Of a DNA stretch of 64,000 nucleotides, positions 37,396 through 48,619 are shown piece after piece. The position numbers and the translations under genes are program-made. The stretch comes from Candidatus Hydrogenedentota bacterium (GTDB taxonomy: Bacteria > Hydrogenedentota > Hydrogenedentia > Hydrogenedentales > SLHB01). The stretch covers positions 224,788 to 288,787 of the forward strand of contig BTWA01000004.1 of assembly GCA_045863295.1 (NCBI GenBank), written 5' to 3'. The notes under the pieces are model-generated. The model had not been told where the DNA came from and ran no database searches. It was given only the letters and a program-made list of their open reading frames with translations. Within the stretch, counting starts at the first letter, position 1. Each line of letters begins with the position of its first letter.

Positions 37396-39231
37396 TCAAC
37401 CGGCGGCCTGCAGCCATTCGTCGACGAAGGACTTTCTCTCCGGACCCGGCTTTGATTTCATGACTGGGCTGTCTTCCCGGAGAGGTTGGGCCTTGCCGGT
37501 GAGTTTGTTCAGGCAGAAGGCCATGCGTTCCAGAACGTAGGGGTCTTTTTCACTTTCAAATATCTCAGTTAACGCCTTTGCGTTCTCTTTTCCGGCGACA
37601 CGCCCCGCCGCGTAGGCTGCACGGCGGCGGACCGTCTCAGGCGCTTCGGTGTCCAATATGGCAAGGCTGCACTTCAACGCAAAGGCCGGATCCGCATGCA
37701 GTTGCAGTGCGCCGATCAGGCGCTGTCTGACCTGTTCGTCCTGGCCGGGATCGTTGAGGGCGGCCTGAAACTCGGGGGTCTCTGCCAGGGACTTGGGCAT
37801 GGCGATTTCTATGGAGCGAGCCAATTCGCGGCGCACGTGGACATCGGGGGTATTAAGCCCGGCTAGGGCCGCAGGCGCCGCCTCTTCCGCGCCGATCGAG
37901 CGAATGGCGGTGGCGGCTGCACGCTGCAGGGCGACATCCTTGTCCTGCAGGTACGGCATGAGTGCATTCGCGGCCGGTTGATACATCATGGCGCCGAGAT
38001 CTTCGATGGCGGTCAGCCGTTTTTCTCCTTCGAGGTCTTTTATTGAGGCGAGTAGAGCCTTGGGTGTGGTTTCATCTTCCCACATGATTAAGTAGTCCAT
38101 TCGGACGATCTTGTTCTCGATTGGCGACCAGCAAAACGTTTGCAGGACGATCCGATCGTTCTTACATTGAATGACCGTGTAGGTGGGTTTGGCTTGCGTG
38201 GCTTTGTCGTCGTCAATCGCCGTGAACCACTCTGGGAAATTGCCGCCAATATCGCCGCCATTTACAACATGCAATACGCCAGAGCGATCGTCGCGTTTGT
38301 TGTTTCTCAGGCGGAACAGCCGCTCATAGATGTGCGTGTGGCCCAGAAAGCACATGTCCACATTGTGCTTTTCCAGGATGCCGGGTTCGTAGGGCATGCC
38401 CGTGCCGGGTTCTTTCCTGTTGTCTTGCGCGGATTCGTAGCCAGTGCAATACATCGGAAAATGTTGGCACACGACCGTATACTTGGAATCCACTTCGCCC
38501 AAGTGCTTGTCAAGCCATTCCGCCGTGTCTTTCTGATAGTTGAGCAACGTCTGTTCCCAAGACAAGAGAACAACGTGCGTGTTTCCCCACGTGAAATAGG
38601 CATACGGCTCACCGCCGGGAAGTTCATGGTATTTTCCAAACCAATCGTTTTCCACGTCATTGATCATCGACCCTTCATGATTGCCTCGGGCGGTTGCAAT
38701 CATGAACTTGCCGTTCAGGTCGCGAAACCGGTCGAAGTGCTCTGTCCACAGGGGATAGTCATGCCCGCGGCTGACCAGATCGCCGTTTATGACGAAGAAC
38801 TCCGGGTTCCACTGCATGATATGTTCGGCCATCTTGGTCTCGGCGAACCGGTTTTCCCATCGGCGCGTATCTCCCATGGCCACAAAGCAAATTTCGCGAT
38901 CGTTGGAGGGTTCCGGTGCGGTCTTGAAAGTATCCGAGTATTCGATGCCGGTTTCCGTAATGCGGTAGGAGTAGGTCGTGTCGGGTTTCAAGCCGCTGAT
39001 ACGGACCTTACGGACTTTGTTGTTTGTGGGTGAAGATGCCTTTTGGTCCAAGGCGGTTCCCAGTCCGTACTCGATGGCGGCAGGTCCTGGCGATTCGCAT
39101 TCCCATATGAAGGTGGCGCCGTCCACGGACACATTCTGAATGTGCGGTTTGATGTAAAACGATTCCGCCCATGACAGGTTCCAAGCAGCGATAGCCACCA
39201 GCCCAAACACCCCGAAACGCGCGAATTTCAT
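37396..39231 (-). CDS. Secreted purple-acid-phosphatase-like metallophosphoesterase with FN3 and C-terminal HEAT repeats
   Basis: GLKPDTTYSY, MGDTR, NGDLV, GNHE, GHTHIYER; C-terminal VRR.AA.A.G HEAT-like units. Confidence 0.85.
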   Translation of the reverse strand: MKFARFGVFGLVAIAAWNLSWAESFYIKPHIQNVSVDGATFIWECESPGPAAIEYGLGTALDQKASSPTNNKVRKVRISGLKPDTTYSYRITETGIEYSDTFKTAPEPSNDREICFVAMGDTRRWENRFAETKMAEHIMQWNPEFFVINGDLVSRGHDYPLWTEHFDRFRDLNGKFMIATARGNHEGSMINDVENDWFGKYHELPGGEPYAYFTWGNTHVVLLSWEQTLLNYQKDTAEWLDKHLGEVDSKYTVVCQHFPMYCTGYESAQDNRKEPGTGMPYEPGILEKHNVDMCFLGHTHIYERLFRLRNNKRDDRSGVLHVVNGGDIGGNFPEWFTAIDDDKATQAKPTYTVIQCKNDRIVLQTFCWSPIENKIVRMDYLIMWEDETTPKALLASIKDLEGEKRLTAIEDLGAMMYQPAANALMPYLQDKDVALQRAAATAIRSIGAEEAAPAALAGLNTPDVHVRRELARSIEIAMPKSLAETPEFQAALNDPGQDEQVRQRLIGALQLHADPAFALKCSLAILDTEAPETVRRRAAYAAGRVAGKENAKALTEIFESEKDPYVLERMAFCLNKLTGKAQPLREDSPVMKSKPGPERKSFVDEWLQAAG

Positions 39232-39535
39232 CCCAATCCCCCGATAGGCCAAGCCCGAATTGCACCACGAAAACTACACCGTCTTGCCGAGCACCGGAGT
39301 TGATCCTACTATATTGGGCTGCGCAGGGTCGATACCGTCTCCTTCTCTGGATTTAACCGTTGCGTCTGTGTGCCAAACGCAACTCTATCAGTATCATACG
39401 TCACTTATGCTTCCATGATTCCCACGAGGGAATTTCGCGCTTGGCGCTTGCTTGAAACGACAAATTCTCCGAAAATGGTGTAAACTGGACGCCTTGGCTG
39501 CAATCATTTATAACATGGTCGTGGAGGAATGCGTG

Positions 39536-39883
39536 ATGGCGCTGAAGATTGGGTCGGTCTGCATCAATCACACGGGTGTGGAGGCCGTTGGGCGTTGTAA
39601 ACAGTGCGGCAAGCCGTTTTGCAACGCCTGCAAGGTGATGGGGCCAACAGGACTTTTTTGCAGCGATGACTGCAAGGTAAAACACGAAAACTTCGTCAAG
39701 AAGGCGGCGGAATACGACCACAAGAAGGGTGGGATCGGCCTTGGCCATACGATCGGCAAGCTGATTAAATATGCGGTTGTCCTAGCCATCCTCGTGGCGG
39801 TAGCGACCGCGGCGGGCACCGTTTTCAAGGTACCTGTATTGAGCGATTTTGCCGCGAAAGTGCGCGACATAACTGGTTTATAA
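39536..39883 (+). CDS. B-box-like zinc-finger membrane protein
   Basis: GGAGG RBS; CINH..A.GRCKQCGKPFCNAC...FCSDDC followed by a TM helix. Confidence 0.75.
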   Translation: MALKIGSVCINHTGVEAVGRCKQCGKPFCNACKVMGPTGLFCSDDCKVKHENFVKKAAEYDHKKGGIGLGHTIGKLIKYAVVLAILVAVATAAGTVFKVPVLSDFAAKVRDITGL

Positions 39884-39950
39884 GGGTTGGGATGCCGGCA
39901 TCGGGGCGCCGGCGCCGTTCAACGTCTCATAGAGCACGAGGAGAGGCATC

Positions 39951-40403
39951 ATGGATCTGAGTCGGTTTAAGTGGCCTGTGATCATTCTGGTGGTGGCTGG
40001 CGTATTCTGGCTGCTGTCCGAAGGTGGCATCAATTTCATGCACAAGCGGTTTACGACGCCGCCCGCGCAACCCAGCGCGGAGAAGGACAAGCTGAATGAA
40101 AACGGTCTCACCCGTCTGGGGCAATTTCTCATCGTAACATTCCGGTATCAAAAGGCTACGGCAGTTATCACCGATGCGTTGCGGCTGTTTCCCGAAGGCG
40201 AACATGCGTTGTTGAATGAATATCGCCTTGCCAAGTGTTACGAGAAAACCGGCAAATTCGCGGAAGCATCGAACATACTCCTTCGCCTGAAGAACATAAA
40301 CGCCAATCAGTACGATGAGCGCATTCCTCCCCCGGATGTGATTGCTTTGCGTTTGGACAAGCTGGTTGAAACCCACGAACTGGGCGAGATTGGCCGGTAC
40401 TGA
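39951..40403 (+). CDS. Membrane-anchored TPR-like protein
   Basis: N-terminal TM; YQKA...LFPEG..YRLAKCYEKTGKFAEA pattern. Confidence 0.75.
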   Translation: MDLSRFKWPVIILVVAGVFWLLSEGGINFMHKRFTTPPAQPSAEKDKLNENGLTRLGQFLIVTFRYQKATAVITDALRLFPEGEHALLNEYRLAKCYEKTGKFAEASNILLRLKNINANQYDERIPPPDVIALRLDKLVETHELGEIGRY

Positions 40404-40423
40404 GCGGAGCCTCGAAGTCAGCC

Positions 40424-41149
40424 ATGCAGCGGGTAGTGGGCCGTATTCCGGTTCTTGAATGCCTGCGCGCGGGTAAACGCACCGCGCGCAGGCTTTTTGT
40501 GCTTCAAGGCGCACGGGGAATCGATGACATCCGGCAGGCAGCGGGGACTTTGCCCGTGAAGGAATGTTCCCGCCGCGAATTGGATGATTTGACCGAGGGG
40601 ATCCAGCATCAAGGGGTCGTGCTCGAAACGGACGACCTTCCGGTCTATGACTTGACGTCGTGGTTACGACGACACGATTCGCGGGACGTTATCCTGGTTC
40701 TTCTAGACGGCATAGAAGATCCGCACAATTTTGGCGCGATCGTTCGATCCGCGTCTGCCTGTGGGGCTGCCGCCGTCGTCATCGCCAAGGACCGTAGCGC
40801 CCCAATTTCGCCTACGGCGGTGAAGAGCGCAGCGGGTGCGATGGAGCACATTGACATCATTCAGACCGTCAACCTCGTTCGGGCCATGGAGTCTGTGAAG
40901 GAAGCGGGATTCTGGATAGCCGCGCTTGATCCAGAGGGCGAAAAGGCCCTTTGGGAGGCCGATTTGAAAGGCCGAATCGCCCTGGTGGTAGGCAACGAAG
41001 GCGAAGGGATCCGGCGATTGGTCCGAGAGAATTGCGACTTTTTTCTTCGCATCCCGATGCCGGGGCCCATCCCCTCGCTGAATGCATCGGTCAGTGCGGC
41101 CATCGCGCTCGCCGAGTGCGTCCGGCAACGTGTAATTTCCTCGAACTAG
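40424..41149 (+). CDS. rlmB: 23S rRNA (G2251-2'-O)-methyltransferase, SpoU/TrmH family
   Basis: HQGVV, LDGIEDPHNFGAIVRS, GNEGEG, SLNASVSA. Confidence 0.92.
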   Translation: MQRVVGRIPVLECLRAGKRTARRLFVLQGARGIDDIRQAAGTLPVKECSRRELDDLTEGIQHQGVVLETDDLPVYDLTSWLRRHDSRDVILVLLDGIEDPHNFGAIVRSASACGAAAVVIAKDRSAPISPTAVKSAAGAMEHIDIIQTVNLVRAMESVKEAGFWIAALDPEGEKALWEADLKGRIALVVGNEGEGIRRLVRENCDFFLRIPMPGPIPSLNASVSAAIALAECVRQRVISSN

Positions 41150-42003
41150 ATCGCCAATCGGGGAAACGCTTCCACCAGGGATGCCGGCAGGTTTTCCATC
41201 TTTCGCCCCAGAGCCCGCATGATTTCAACTGCATTTGCGATGGCCTGACCCCGGAAGTGGTTGTTGGTCACCACGATTACTTTTTCCAGCCCGCCCTGCA
41301 CACCGGCGATACGTTCCACCCACGGATGCAACTCTTCGGTGGAATAGAGATAGTCGTAGCGTTCGTCGCGCGAGGCGTCGCTTCGAAACCAGGCCTCGCG
41401 ATTTCGCCCGTGTAGCCGGATATAACCAAATTGCGCGGTAATTGGTAGAGACGGCTCAATGGAGTCCTGAAAGACCGGCTGATCGATGCCGCACAACGCG
41501 ATGTTTCTTCGCGTCAATTCGCCGGTTACTTCCTGGCGCTCCCAAGACGTATGACGCAACTCCAACGCGATGGGGTAGGATTTATACTCATCAAGGACGC
41601 GTGCAAGCCACTGCCGCGATTCCGGGGTGCGCTTGAAACTCCAGGGAAACTGAATGAGCAATGCGCAGAGTTTATTTGCATCCGATAACACGTCCAGTCC
41701 TGAACGAACCTGAGCGATTTCTTCCGCATTTGGCCATACTGCGCGCTCGTGAGTGAACCGTTGCCACAGTTTGTAAGCGAATACGAACTCAGGATTCACT
41801 GCTGATTTCGCAATCCAGGTTCTGCAGTGGTGCGGCGGGGTTGGACGGTAGAATGAGGAGTTTATTTCAATCAGGTCGAAATACGGGGCCAGGAACTCTA
41901 CGGGATGCACCTTTGCGGGTAGTTCCGGCGGATACACGATCCCCTTCCAGTCAGCGTACGACCAGCCAGCGGGGCCGACCAGCACATTGGGAGTCGAGTG
42001 CAT
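41146..42003 (-). CDS. DUF72 family protein
   Basis: AGWSYADWKGIVYP, IEINSSFY, YIRLHGRN, YDYLYS, NNH. Confidence 0.9.
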   Translation of the reverse strand: MHSTPNVLVGPAGWSYADWKGIVYPPELPAKVHPVEFLAPYFDLIEINSSFYRPTPPHHCRTWIAKSAVNPEFVFAYKLWQRFTHERAVWPNAEEIAQVRSGLDVLSDANKLCALLIQFPWSFKRTPESRQWLARVLDEYKSYPIALELRHTSWERQEVTGELTRRNIALCGIDQPVFQDSIEPSLPITAQFGYIRLHGRNREAWFRSDASRDERYDYLYSTEELHPWVERIAGVQGGLEKVIVVTNNHFRGQAIANAVEIMRALGRKMENLPASLVEAFPRLAI

Positions 42004-42016
42004 GCGCCCCCCGCCG

Positions 42017-43456
42017 CTACGCTATCAGTTCCGGCACCTTGTTGCCGAATACGTCCGTCAGCCGGAAATCGCGGCCTTGAAACCGGTAGGTGAGTTTCGT
42101 GTGTTCCAGTCCCAGCAGGTGCAGAATTGTTGCCTGAATATCGTGCACATGAATTGGCCGATCGGTGATGTGAAAACCAAATTCATCCGTGGCGCCGATG
42201 GTCTGTCCTGCTTTGACGCCTCCGCCCGCCATCCACATCGTAAACGCTTGCGGATGGTGGTCTCGACCGAGGCTTCTGCCCAACGCGGCGCTCGATTCCA
42301 CCATGGGCGTTCGCCCGAACTCGCCGCCCCAAATTACGAGTGTCTCGTCCAGAAGGCCTCGTTGTTTCAAATCTTTGATCAGCGCTGCGCACGCTTGATC
42401 CGTTTCCCCGCATTTTCCCTTTAGTCCACCGGCGACATCGCTGTGATGATCCCAACTGCCGTGATAGCAATTGACAAACCGAACCCCGCGTTCGATGAGC
42501 CTTCGAGCAAGCAGGCAGTTGTTTGCAAAGCTGGCCTTGCCGGGTTCCGCGCCATACATGGCCAGCGTTTCCGGCGATTCCTTGGACAGGTCCATCAATT
42601 CGGGAGCGCTTGTCTGCATGCGATATGCCAATTCGTATTGCGCAATTCGAGTTTCAATTTCCGGGTCGCCGCTGAGTCCCAGCCGGTGGTGGTTCAACTG
42701 GCCCACCAAATCGATGGCATCTCGCTGCATTTCGGGTGTGATGCCTTTAGGGGTTGTTACGTTCAAGATCGGGTCGCCTACGCTTCGAAAAGGTATGCCC
42801 TGATATGCCGTGGGCATGAATCCGCAGCTCCAGTTGTGCGCACCGCCGCTGGCGCCCGCACCCGAACTCAAAACCACGAATCCCGGCAGATCGGACGCTT
42901 CGCTTCCGAGGCCATAGGTCACCCAAGACCCCATGCTGGGCCTGCCCAATAGCGGTGACCCGGTATTCATGAACAATTGCGCGGGCGCATGATTGAACTG
43001 GCTTGTGTGCACGGACTTGATAATCGCCAAGTCGTCCACAACTGTCGCCAGATGGGGCAGCAATTCCGATAGCTCCGCCCCACTTTGACCATGTTTCGCG
43101 AAGGCAAACCGTGAGGCCATCAGTGCCGCATTGGGTTGAATGAACGCATAACGCTGGTCTTTCACCACCTCAGCTGGCACAGGCTGGCCGTCCAGTTTCT
43201 GCAGCGTCGGCTTGAAATCAAATAGATCGAGCTGACTCGGGGCACCTTCCATAAATAGATAGATGATGCGCTTTGCTCGTGCGGCAAAGTGGGGTGTCCG
43301 CACCGCCATGGGAGATTCTTTTTCGGCGGCTATTGCCCGGGGCCCGCACAGCAACGATGTTAATGCGATCTTGCCCAGTCCGACGCCGCACTCCCGAAAG
43401 AAATGGCGGCGAGTGGTCTCGCGCAAGTAGTTCTGTCTCGAACTTACGGGGTCCAT
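42017..43456 (-). CDS. DUF1501 family protein (Tat signal)
   Basis: [48 protein letters not shown]. Confidence 0.92.
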   Translation of the reverse strand: MDPVSSRQNYLRETTRRHFFRECGVGLGKIALTSLLCGPRAIAAEKESPMAVRTPHFAARAKRIIYLFMEGAPSQLDLFDFKPTLQKLDGQPVPAEVVKDQRYAFIQPNAALMASRFAFAKHGQSGAELSELLPHLATVVDDLAIIKSVHTSQFNHAPAQLFMNTGSPLLGRPSMGSWVTYGLGSEASDLPGFVVLSSGAGASGGAHNWSCGFMPTAYQGIPFRSVGDPILNVTTPKGITPEMQRDAIDLVGQLNHHRLGLSGDPEIETRIAQYELAYRMQTSAPELMDLSKESPETLAMYGAEPGKASFANNCLLARRLIERGVRFVNCYHGSWDHHSDVAGGLKGKCGETDQACAALIKDLKQRGLLDETLVIWGGEFGRTPMVESSAALGRSLGRDHHPQAFTMWMAGGGVKAGQTIGATDEFGFHITDRPIHVHDIQATILHLLGLEHTKLTYRFQGRDFRLTDVFGNKVPELIA

Positions 43457-43465
43457 ACCACTCGT

Positions 43466-46400
43466 TTATCCCTTGGTTATCGTCTCGTCGAGATTCAGCA
43501 ATGCACGGCATAGCAATGTCCAAACCGCCGCCTGATGGGCATCCATGCTTGGATCCATATCGTCTCCATCCGAGTAGGCGATTGTCTCCGGTGCCGTTCC
43601 GGCATCCTTCAATCGAAACGTCTGGCGTTCAAGAAAGGACTTGAGCCACTCTTCTTCCTGCGAGTCGGGAGGGCGGGCGACGCACATCATAAACGCATGA
43701 CGTAATCGATCGGAATCGTTTGAAATTTCGCTGGTCAGGAGGCGCCGCGCCATCGCGCGGGCCGAATCCATGATCGTTTGGTCATTCAGCATTGTCAGAG
43801 CCTGTAGCGGCGTATTCGATCGAATGCGCGCCACGCATACGTCCTGGCGGGCAGGGGCGTCAAAGACCGTTAACGCCGGATACGGCAACGAGCGCTTGAT
43901 GTGAATGTACATGCCCCGGCGGTATCGAGTGTCCCCTTCGCTCGGGGTCCAACCCTCTCCGCCGTATACGGCGGACAGCACCCCCTCCGGCAGCGGCGGA
44001 AAGATACTTGGACCACCGATCTGTTCATTCAACAGGCCACTCGATGCCAAGGCAATATCGCGGACGATTTCGGCATCCATGCGAAACCTTGGCCCGCGTG
44101 CAAGCAGCCGGTTTACCGGATCCACAGCCAATACGTCCGGCGTTACATCGGACGATTGCCGATACGTCGACGACGTGACAATCATGCGTAGCAGGTCTTT
44201 TACCCCCCAACCGCGTCGCATAAATTCGACAGCGAGCCAATCCAGCAGTTCCGGGTGACTCGGTGCGCTGCTGCGCACCCCGAAGTCTTCGGGCGTGTTC
44301 ACCAATCCCGCACCAAAAATCTCCTGCCAAAAGCGATTCACGGTCACGCGCGCGGTAAGCGGGTTCCCGGGAGAAACGAGCCACTTCGCCAGAGCCAACC
44401 GGTTTGGCGGGGCATGCTCCGGCAGTGGCGGGAGCAACGCAGGCACGGCAGGAGTAACGGGCTCACGCGGACTCAGGAATTCGCCTCGGTGATGGATGTG
44501 CGTGATTCTTGGATCTTCTCGCTCTTCCAATACCATGGTTGTCGGCTGCTTGGGCATGGAAGCGCGAAGGGATTTGATTTCACGGTGTTTTTCCAGCAAC
44601 TCAGGCGCTACGCCCAAATAGTAGTTCTTGAGATTGGCGGACTCTTGCTGCGTGCGGCTGGCGGCTGGCTTCAAGACAATGGTTTCGATGTTTGCGGGCA
44701 CTCCGGACGCGCGGACCGGCGCCGGACTTGTAGTGACCGAGATGCGAAACCGGCCGATTGTATGGGTATGGACGTAATACTGGTCCAGCTTCAACGTCAG
44801 TAGTGATCCACCGTGAAAGCCAACAGGGCGCTCAAATTCAAAGACGGCGGCATGCGGCTCGCCCTCCCGATCTTTGACGGACCAGCCCGAATCGAGTTTG
44901 CCGTCCAACGCAAGTTCAATCCCCCGGCCGGACGCGGCAAAGCTGTGCGTCGGATTCTGGAGACCCACAGGCTCGACCGCATTCCCGTTGAACCATGGCG
45001 CGACGGTCGCCGTGACTTCGCTCAGCAAGAAGTCGCCACCGGGGGACATAATTACCCCCCGCCCCGGCCCGCCGTTTGGCAGGCTTGGGTGAGGCAGGAC
45101 TTCGATACGAAATGCGGTTATGCCCTCTAGTTCAGTCCGAAACGAGACCGTATATTCGTCCACATTGGGGCAGTCGCCTTTGACTAAAATCGAGTCATCG
45201 TCCAAATTCACGAAAGTGGCATGATTCTTGGAGACCGCCTCAATCGAGCGAAGCGGCGTCCACTGTACGCTGCGTGAAACGATGTCGGCTTCCCAAGCCG
45301 CAAATTGTCTTGAAAAGAACTGATCTCTGCGATCCGAATCGGATAGTTCGGATGGCGGATAGAATTGCCGTTCGGCTGTGATACGAAATCGCCCGATGGT
45401 GTGGCCGCCACCGTGCAATTGCTTGATGGTGAATGCCACCCGCGCCGGCGAGTCCATTGCCTTTGGGTTCTTGATCCGAAACACTGCCGACCGGTTGACG
45501 TTGCTTCCGCCATCCGCACCGCCAATCGCCCACCCGGTATCGTCCTTGCCGTCGATGGCATTGGACACGTCGAACCCAGCCTGCGAAAAGTCCGCTTCGG
45601 CCTTTTCCAAGGAAACCGGTGTTGGTTCATTGTTTGCGAGAAGTTCCACATTGAATTCCGACAATACAAAGTTTCCGCCTTCGGAACGTCCTGGTCCGTT
45701 GCCGGGCAGCGCCGGGCCGGTCAATGCTTCGATACGAAACGCCGTATACGACCCTTCTGGAAGTGTCGCTTCGAGGCGATAGACGTCGGTATCGGGCGAC
45801 TCGCCGGAAGTTTGTACGACACCATCAGACACCACTGAAATGGACGTACCGTTACTTGCAGTGACGTTTTCGTGATTCGCCGTTACCCATTCCTTCTGCA
45901 TTGCGTCGATTGGGAACTGTTCCTCAAGCGAGGCCTTTCGCGCTTCAATTTCCGATTCAATTTCGGCACGCTTCGCCGCGATTTCCGGGTCGGGAACTTC
46001 GATGTCCACGTCGTCGGTGTTATTAAAGAATGCGTAGAACTGGTAATACTCGCGTTGGGTAATTGGATCGAACTTGTGGGTATGGCATTGGGCACAGGCC
46101 ATCGTTAGTCCGAGAAATACGGTGCTGGTCGTTTTGACTTTGTCAACGTTTGCTTCGTACCGGAACTCTTCCACATCCACGCCGCCTTCTTCATTGATGA
46201 GCGTGTTTCGGTGAAATCCGGTGGCGATCCGTTGTTGCAGCGTTGGGTTTGGGAGCAGGTCACCCGCGAGTTGTTCTATTGTAAACCGATCGAACGGCAT
46301 ATCGTCGTTGAAGGCCTGGATGACCCAATCGCGGTACGGCCAGATGGATCGGCGACGGTCTTTTTCATAGCCGTTGGTGTCTGCGTAGCGTGCGGCATCG

Positions 46401-47104
46401 AGCCATCCCAATGCCCTGCGTTCCCCGTAGTGTGGCGATGCCAGAAGTCGATCAACCAGCCCTTCATAGGCGTCCGGCGACGTATCGTGAACAAATGCCA
46501 TCACTTCTTCCGGGGATGGTGGAAGGCCGATCAAATCCAAGTACAGCCGCCGCACAAGCGTATATCTGTCCGCCTCGGGGGATGGCGTGAGTCCTTCCTT
46601 TTCCAAACGCGCGAGTACATACGCATCGATAGGGTTTCGAACCCACGCGGGATCGCTAACGGCCGGTACCGGAGCCTGCGTGGGCGGATTAAACGCCCAA
46701 TGATCGTGCGCAACTGGAGCCACATCCTGCTCGTCAGCACCGCCCCATGGCGCCCCTCCATCAATCCACGACCGTATAATCGCGACTTCGGTTTCGGACA
46801 ACGGATCGCCTTTCGGTGGCATACGCACGGCAGGGTCTTTGGAGAGAATTCGTTCCAACATCGGGCTGGCGTTAGGATTGTGCGCGGCAACCAATGGCTT
46901 TCCGGAATCGCCGCCCATCAACGCATCAGACTTGTTGCTCAATCGCAGACCGCCCTTGCGCGCGTCCGGGCCGTGGCACTCGTAGCAGTATTCCTGAAGG
47001 ATGGGCTGCACACTCGAAGCGTAATCAACGGATTCGGACGCGTGTGCCGTCAGCAAACCCACGAAGGCCAAAAGTATACGCCAGAAAGATCGATTGCCCA
47101 ACAT
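43466..47104 (-). CDS. Planctomycete cytochrome c / DUF1549 / DUF1553 (PSD1) protein with two inserted beta-sandwich repeats
   Basis: CYECHG, CAQCHTHKFDP, HYGER..WLDAARYADT, HPELLDWLA, NTPLQAL; duplicated TAFRIE..GPGR..HTIGRFRI module. Confidence 0.92.
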   Translation of the reverse strand: MLGNRSFWRILLAFVGLLTAHASESVDYASSVQPILQEYCYECHGPDARKGGLRLSNKSDALMGGDSGKPLVAAHNPNASPMLERILSKDPAVRMPPKGDPLSETEVAIIRSWIDGGAPWGGADEQDVAPVAHDHWAFNPPTQAPVPAVSDPAWVRNPIDAYVLARLEKEGLTPSPEADRYTLVRRLYLDLIGLPPSPEEVMAFVHDTSPDAYEGLVDRLLASPHYGERRALGWLDAARYADTNGYEKDRRRSIWPYRDWVIQAFNDDMPFDRFTIEQLAGDLLPNPTLQQRIATGFHRNTLINEEGGVDVEEFRYEANVDKVKTTSTVFLGLTMACAQCHTHKFDPITQREYYQFYAFFNNTDDVDIEVPDPEIAAKRAEIESEIEARKASLEEQFPIDAMQKEWVTANHENVTASNGTSISVVSDGVVQTSGESPDTDVYRLEATLPEGSYTAFRIEALTGPALPGNGPGRSEGGNFVLSEFNVELLANNEPTPVSLEKAEADFSQAGFDVSNAIDGKDDTGWAIGGADGGSNVNRSAVFRIKNPKAMDSPARVAFTIKQLHGGGHTIGRFRITAERQFYPPSELSDSDRRDQFFSRQFAAWEADIVSRSVQWTPLRSIEAVSKNHATFVNLDDDSILVKGDCPNVDEYTVSFRTELEGITAFRIEVLPHPSLPNGGPGRGVIMSPGGDFLLSEVTATVAPWFNGNAVEPVGLQNPTHSFAASGRGIELALDGKLDSGWSVKDREGEPHAAVFEFERPVGFHGGSLLTLKLDQYYVHTHTIGRFRISVTTSPAPVRASGVPANIETIVLKPAASRTQQESANLKNYYLGVAPELLEKHREIKSLRASMPKQPTTMVLEEREDPRITHIHHRGEFLSPREPVTPAVPALLPPLPEHAPPNRLALAKWLVSPGNPLTARVTVNRFWQEIFGAGLVNTPEDFGVRSSAPSHPELLDWLAVEFMRRGWGVKDLLRMIVTSSTYRQSSDVTPDVLAVDPVNRLLARGPRFRMDAEIVRDIALASSGLLNEQIGGPSIFPPLPEGVLSAVYGGEGWTPSEGDTRYRRGMYIHIKRSLPYPALTVFDAPARQDVCVARIRSNTPLQALTMLNDQTIMDSARAMARRLLTSEISNDSDRLRHAFMMCVARPPDSQEEEWLKSFLERQTFRLKDAGTAPETIAYSDGDDMDPSMDAHQAAVWTLLCRALLNLDETITKG

Positions 47105-47226
47105 TACGTCACCATTGCTGCCTGAATCTGATCCGCGCCAGAAAGCATTCCGATTATTTTAGCATAGGACGGGTTCAGCGCACATTTTCTCCCGGCGCGC
47201 GGCCCGAGTTCCGTGCCTGACCTGAT

Positions 47227-48585
47227 TTACTCCGCCAGCAAATCGTCAATTATCTCACTGAGATCAGCGCGGAGAGTCGGGCTGTATCCCACATGCATAT
47301 CGTGAATCTTCCCTTTCTTATCCACGATGACCAAGGTGGGATATCCTTGAACACCGTATTTTTTGGATATGGAGTCTTCTCCGCCCATGGGGCCGGTCAG
47401 AATATTGGTATAGGGCAATTCGAGCTTCTCCGCCACGAACTTGGCGTCTTCCTCGTTGCGGTCGACATTTATCCCGATGACCGCTACTGGTTTATCCTTA
47501 TACTGCTCCGAGAGTGCCTTCAGCTGCGGCATGGCACGGATGCACCAGCCGCATCCGCGATACCAGAAATCGAGAATGAGTACTTTGCCTTTGTATTCGG
47601 CGAGAGAATGAGTCGCGCCATCCAATCCGGGATATTCCCAGGCGGCGGCGGCCTTGCCTTTTACGGCACGAATCCGTTCGGCGTTTTCCTTCAAGTACCC
47701 CTTCATACCCTCGAACTGCTTTCGCTTTGCTTCGGTTTGTGCCTTTAAGATTTCTGACTGAATATCCGTTTCCAACAGGGCGATGTGCGATTCAGCCTCG
47801 CTCAGAAGTTCGTCTTCGCGATCGCCTTGCCGACTTGCCATTTCGATCAATTCGTCGATCCTGGCCAGCGCGGGTTCAAAGGTGGCGACTTCCTTGACCA
47901 ATGCGTTCAATGCATCCGGTTCAAGCATGGTCTCCTCTGCCAGGACCACCTTGGTCGTACTGGTGGATTTTGACCCGTATCCCATGCTGGACGTCGACTC
48001 AACTCCCGTGACAAATCCTTTTCCGGTATCAAAATCGAATACGCGCGACGAAGTCATTTCGTATACGGTGTTCGTCGGACTTAGGTCCGTTACTTCAATC
48101 TTCCAGGTGCTGCCGGACGAATCTTCGAGGCGTCTGTACCGCGTTGTGGCCTGATCGATTTCGTTGAATTGTTGCCACCCTCCTGCGGCTTCGGATTCGT
48201 TGGCCGGCAGAGGGACGATCACTGCCGCCGGATTGCACAACAACAAGGCCATGGGCACTGCTTCGATTTGACCGGTGGGCCGAATGGTAATGAAGATTAC
48301 GTTTGTGTCTTGATTCTGATAGTCGCTTTCGCCGCTGCGAAAGGCGCGGCCTTCGGAGTACAGGGCTTTCCATCCGCCCCCCTCCACCGCATTCAGAATC
48401 CAGAGGTCGTGCGTAATCTTCATGGCGTATTGCGTCTCGCCGCTTTCCCGCTTTGATTCGGTATCGCTGTCGTAATGCAAATGCATTCCGGGCTCAAAGC
48501 GATACACAGGATTCGCCATTTCATCGGCCAACGCCGAACCCGCAATCCAAGCAACGAGACCTAGAACCATCGCACTTCGAGTCAT
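47227..48585 (-). CDS. Secreted TlpA-family thiol:disulfide oxidoreductase with large N-terminal domain
   Basis: KGKVLILDFWYRGCGWC, YGVQGYPTLVIVDKKG. Confidence 0.88.
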   Translation of the reverse strand: MTRSAMVLGLVAWIAGSALADEMANPVYRFEPGMHLHYDSDTESKRESGETQYAMKITHDLWILNAVEGGGWKALYSEGRAFRSGESDYQNQDTNVIFITIRPTGQIEAVPMALLLCNPAAVIVPLPANESEAAGGWQQFNEIDQATTRYRRLEDSSGSTWKIEVTDLSPTNTVYEMTSSRVFDFDTGKGFVTGVESTSSMGYGSKSTSTTKVVLAEETMLEPDALNALVKEVATFEPALARIDELIEMASRQGDREDELLSEAESHIALLETDIQSEILKAQTEAKRKQFEGMKGYLKENAERIRAVKGKAAAAWEYPGLDGATHSLAEYKGKVLILDFWYRGCGWCIRAMPQLKALSEQYKDKPVAVIGINVDRNEEDAKFVAEKLELPYTNILTGPMGGEDSISKKYGVQGYPTLVIVDKKGKIHDMHVGYSPTLRADLSEIIDDLLAE

Positions 48586-48619
48586 GGCAGGGTCCTTTCC
48601 GTGCGGCGTGTGGTACTGT

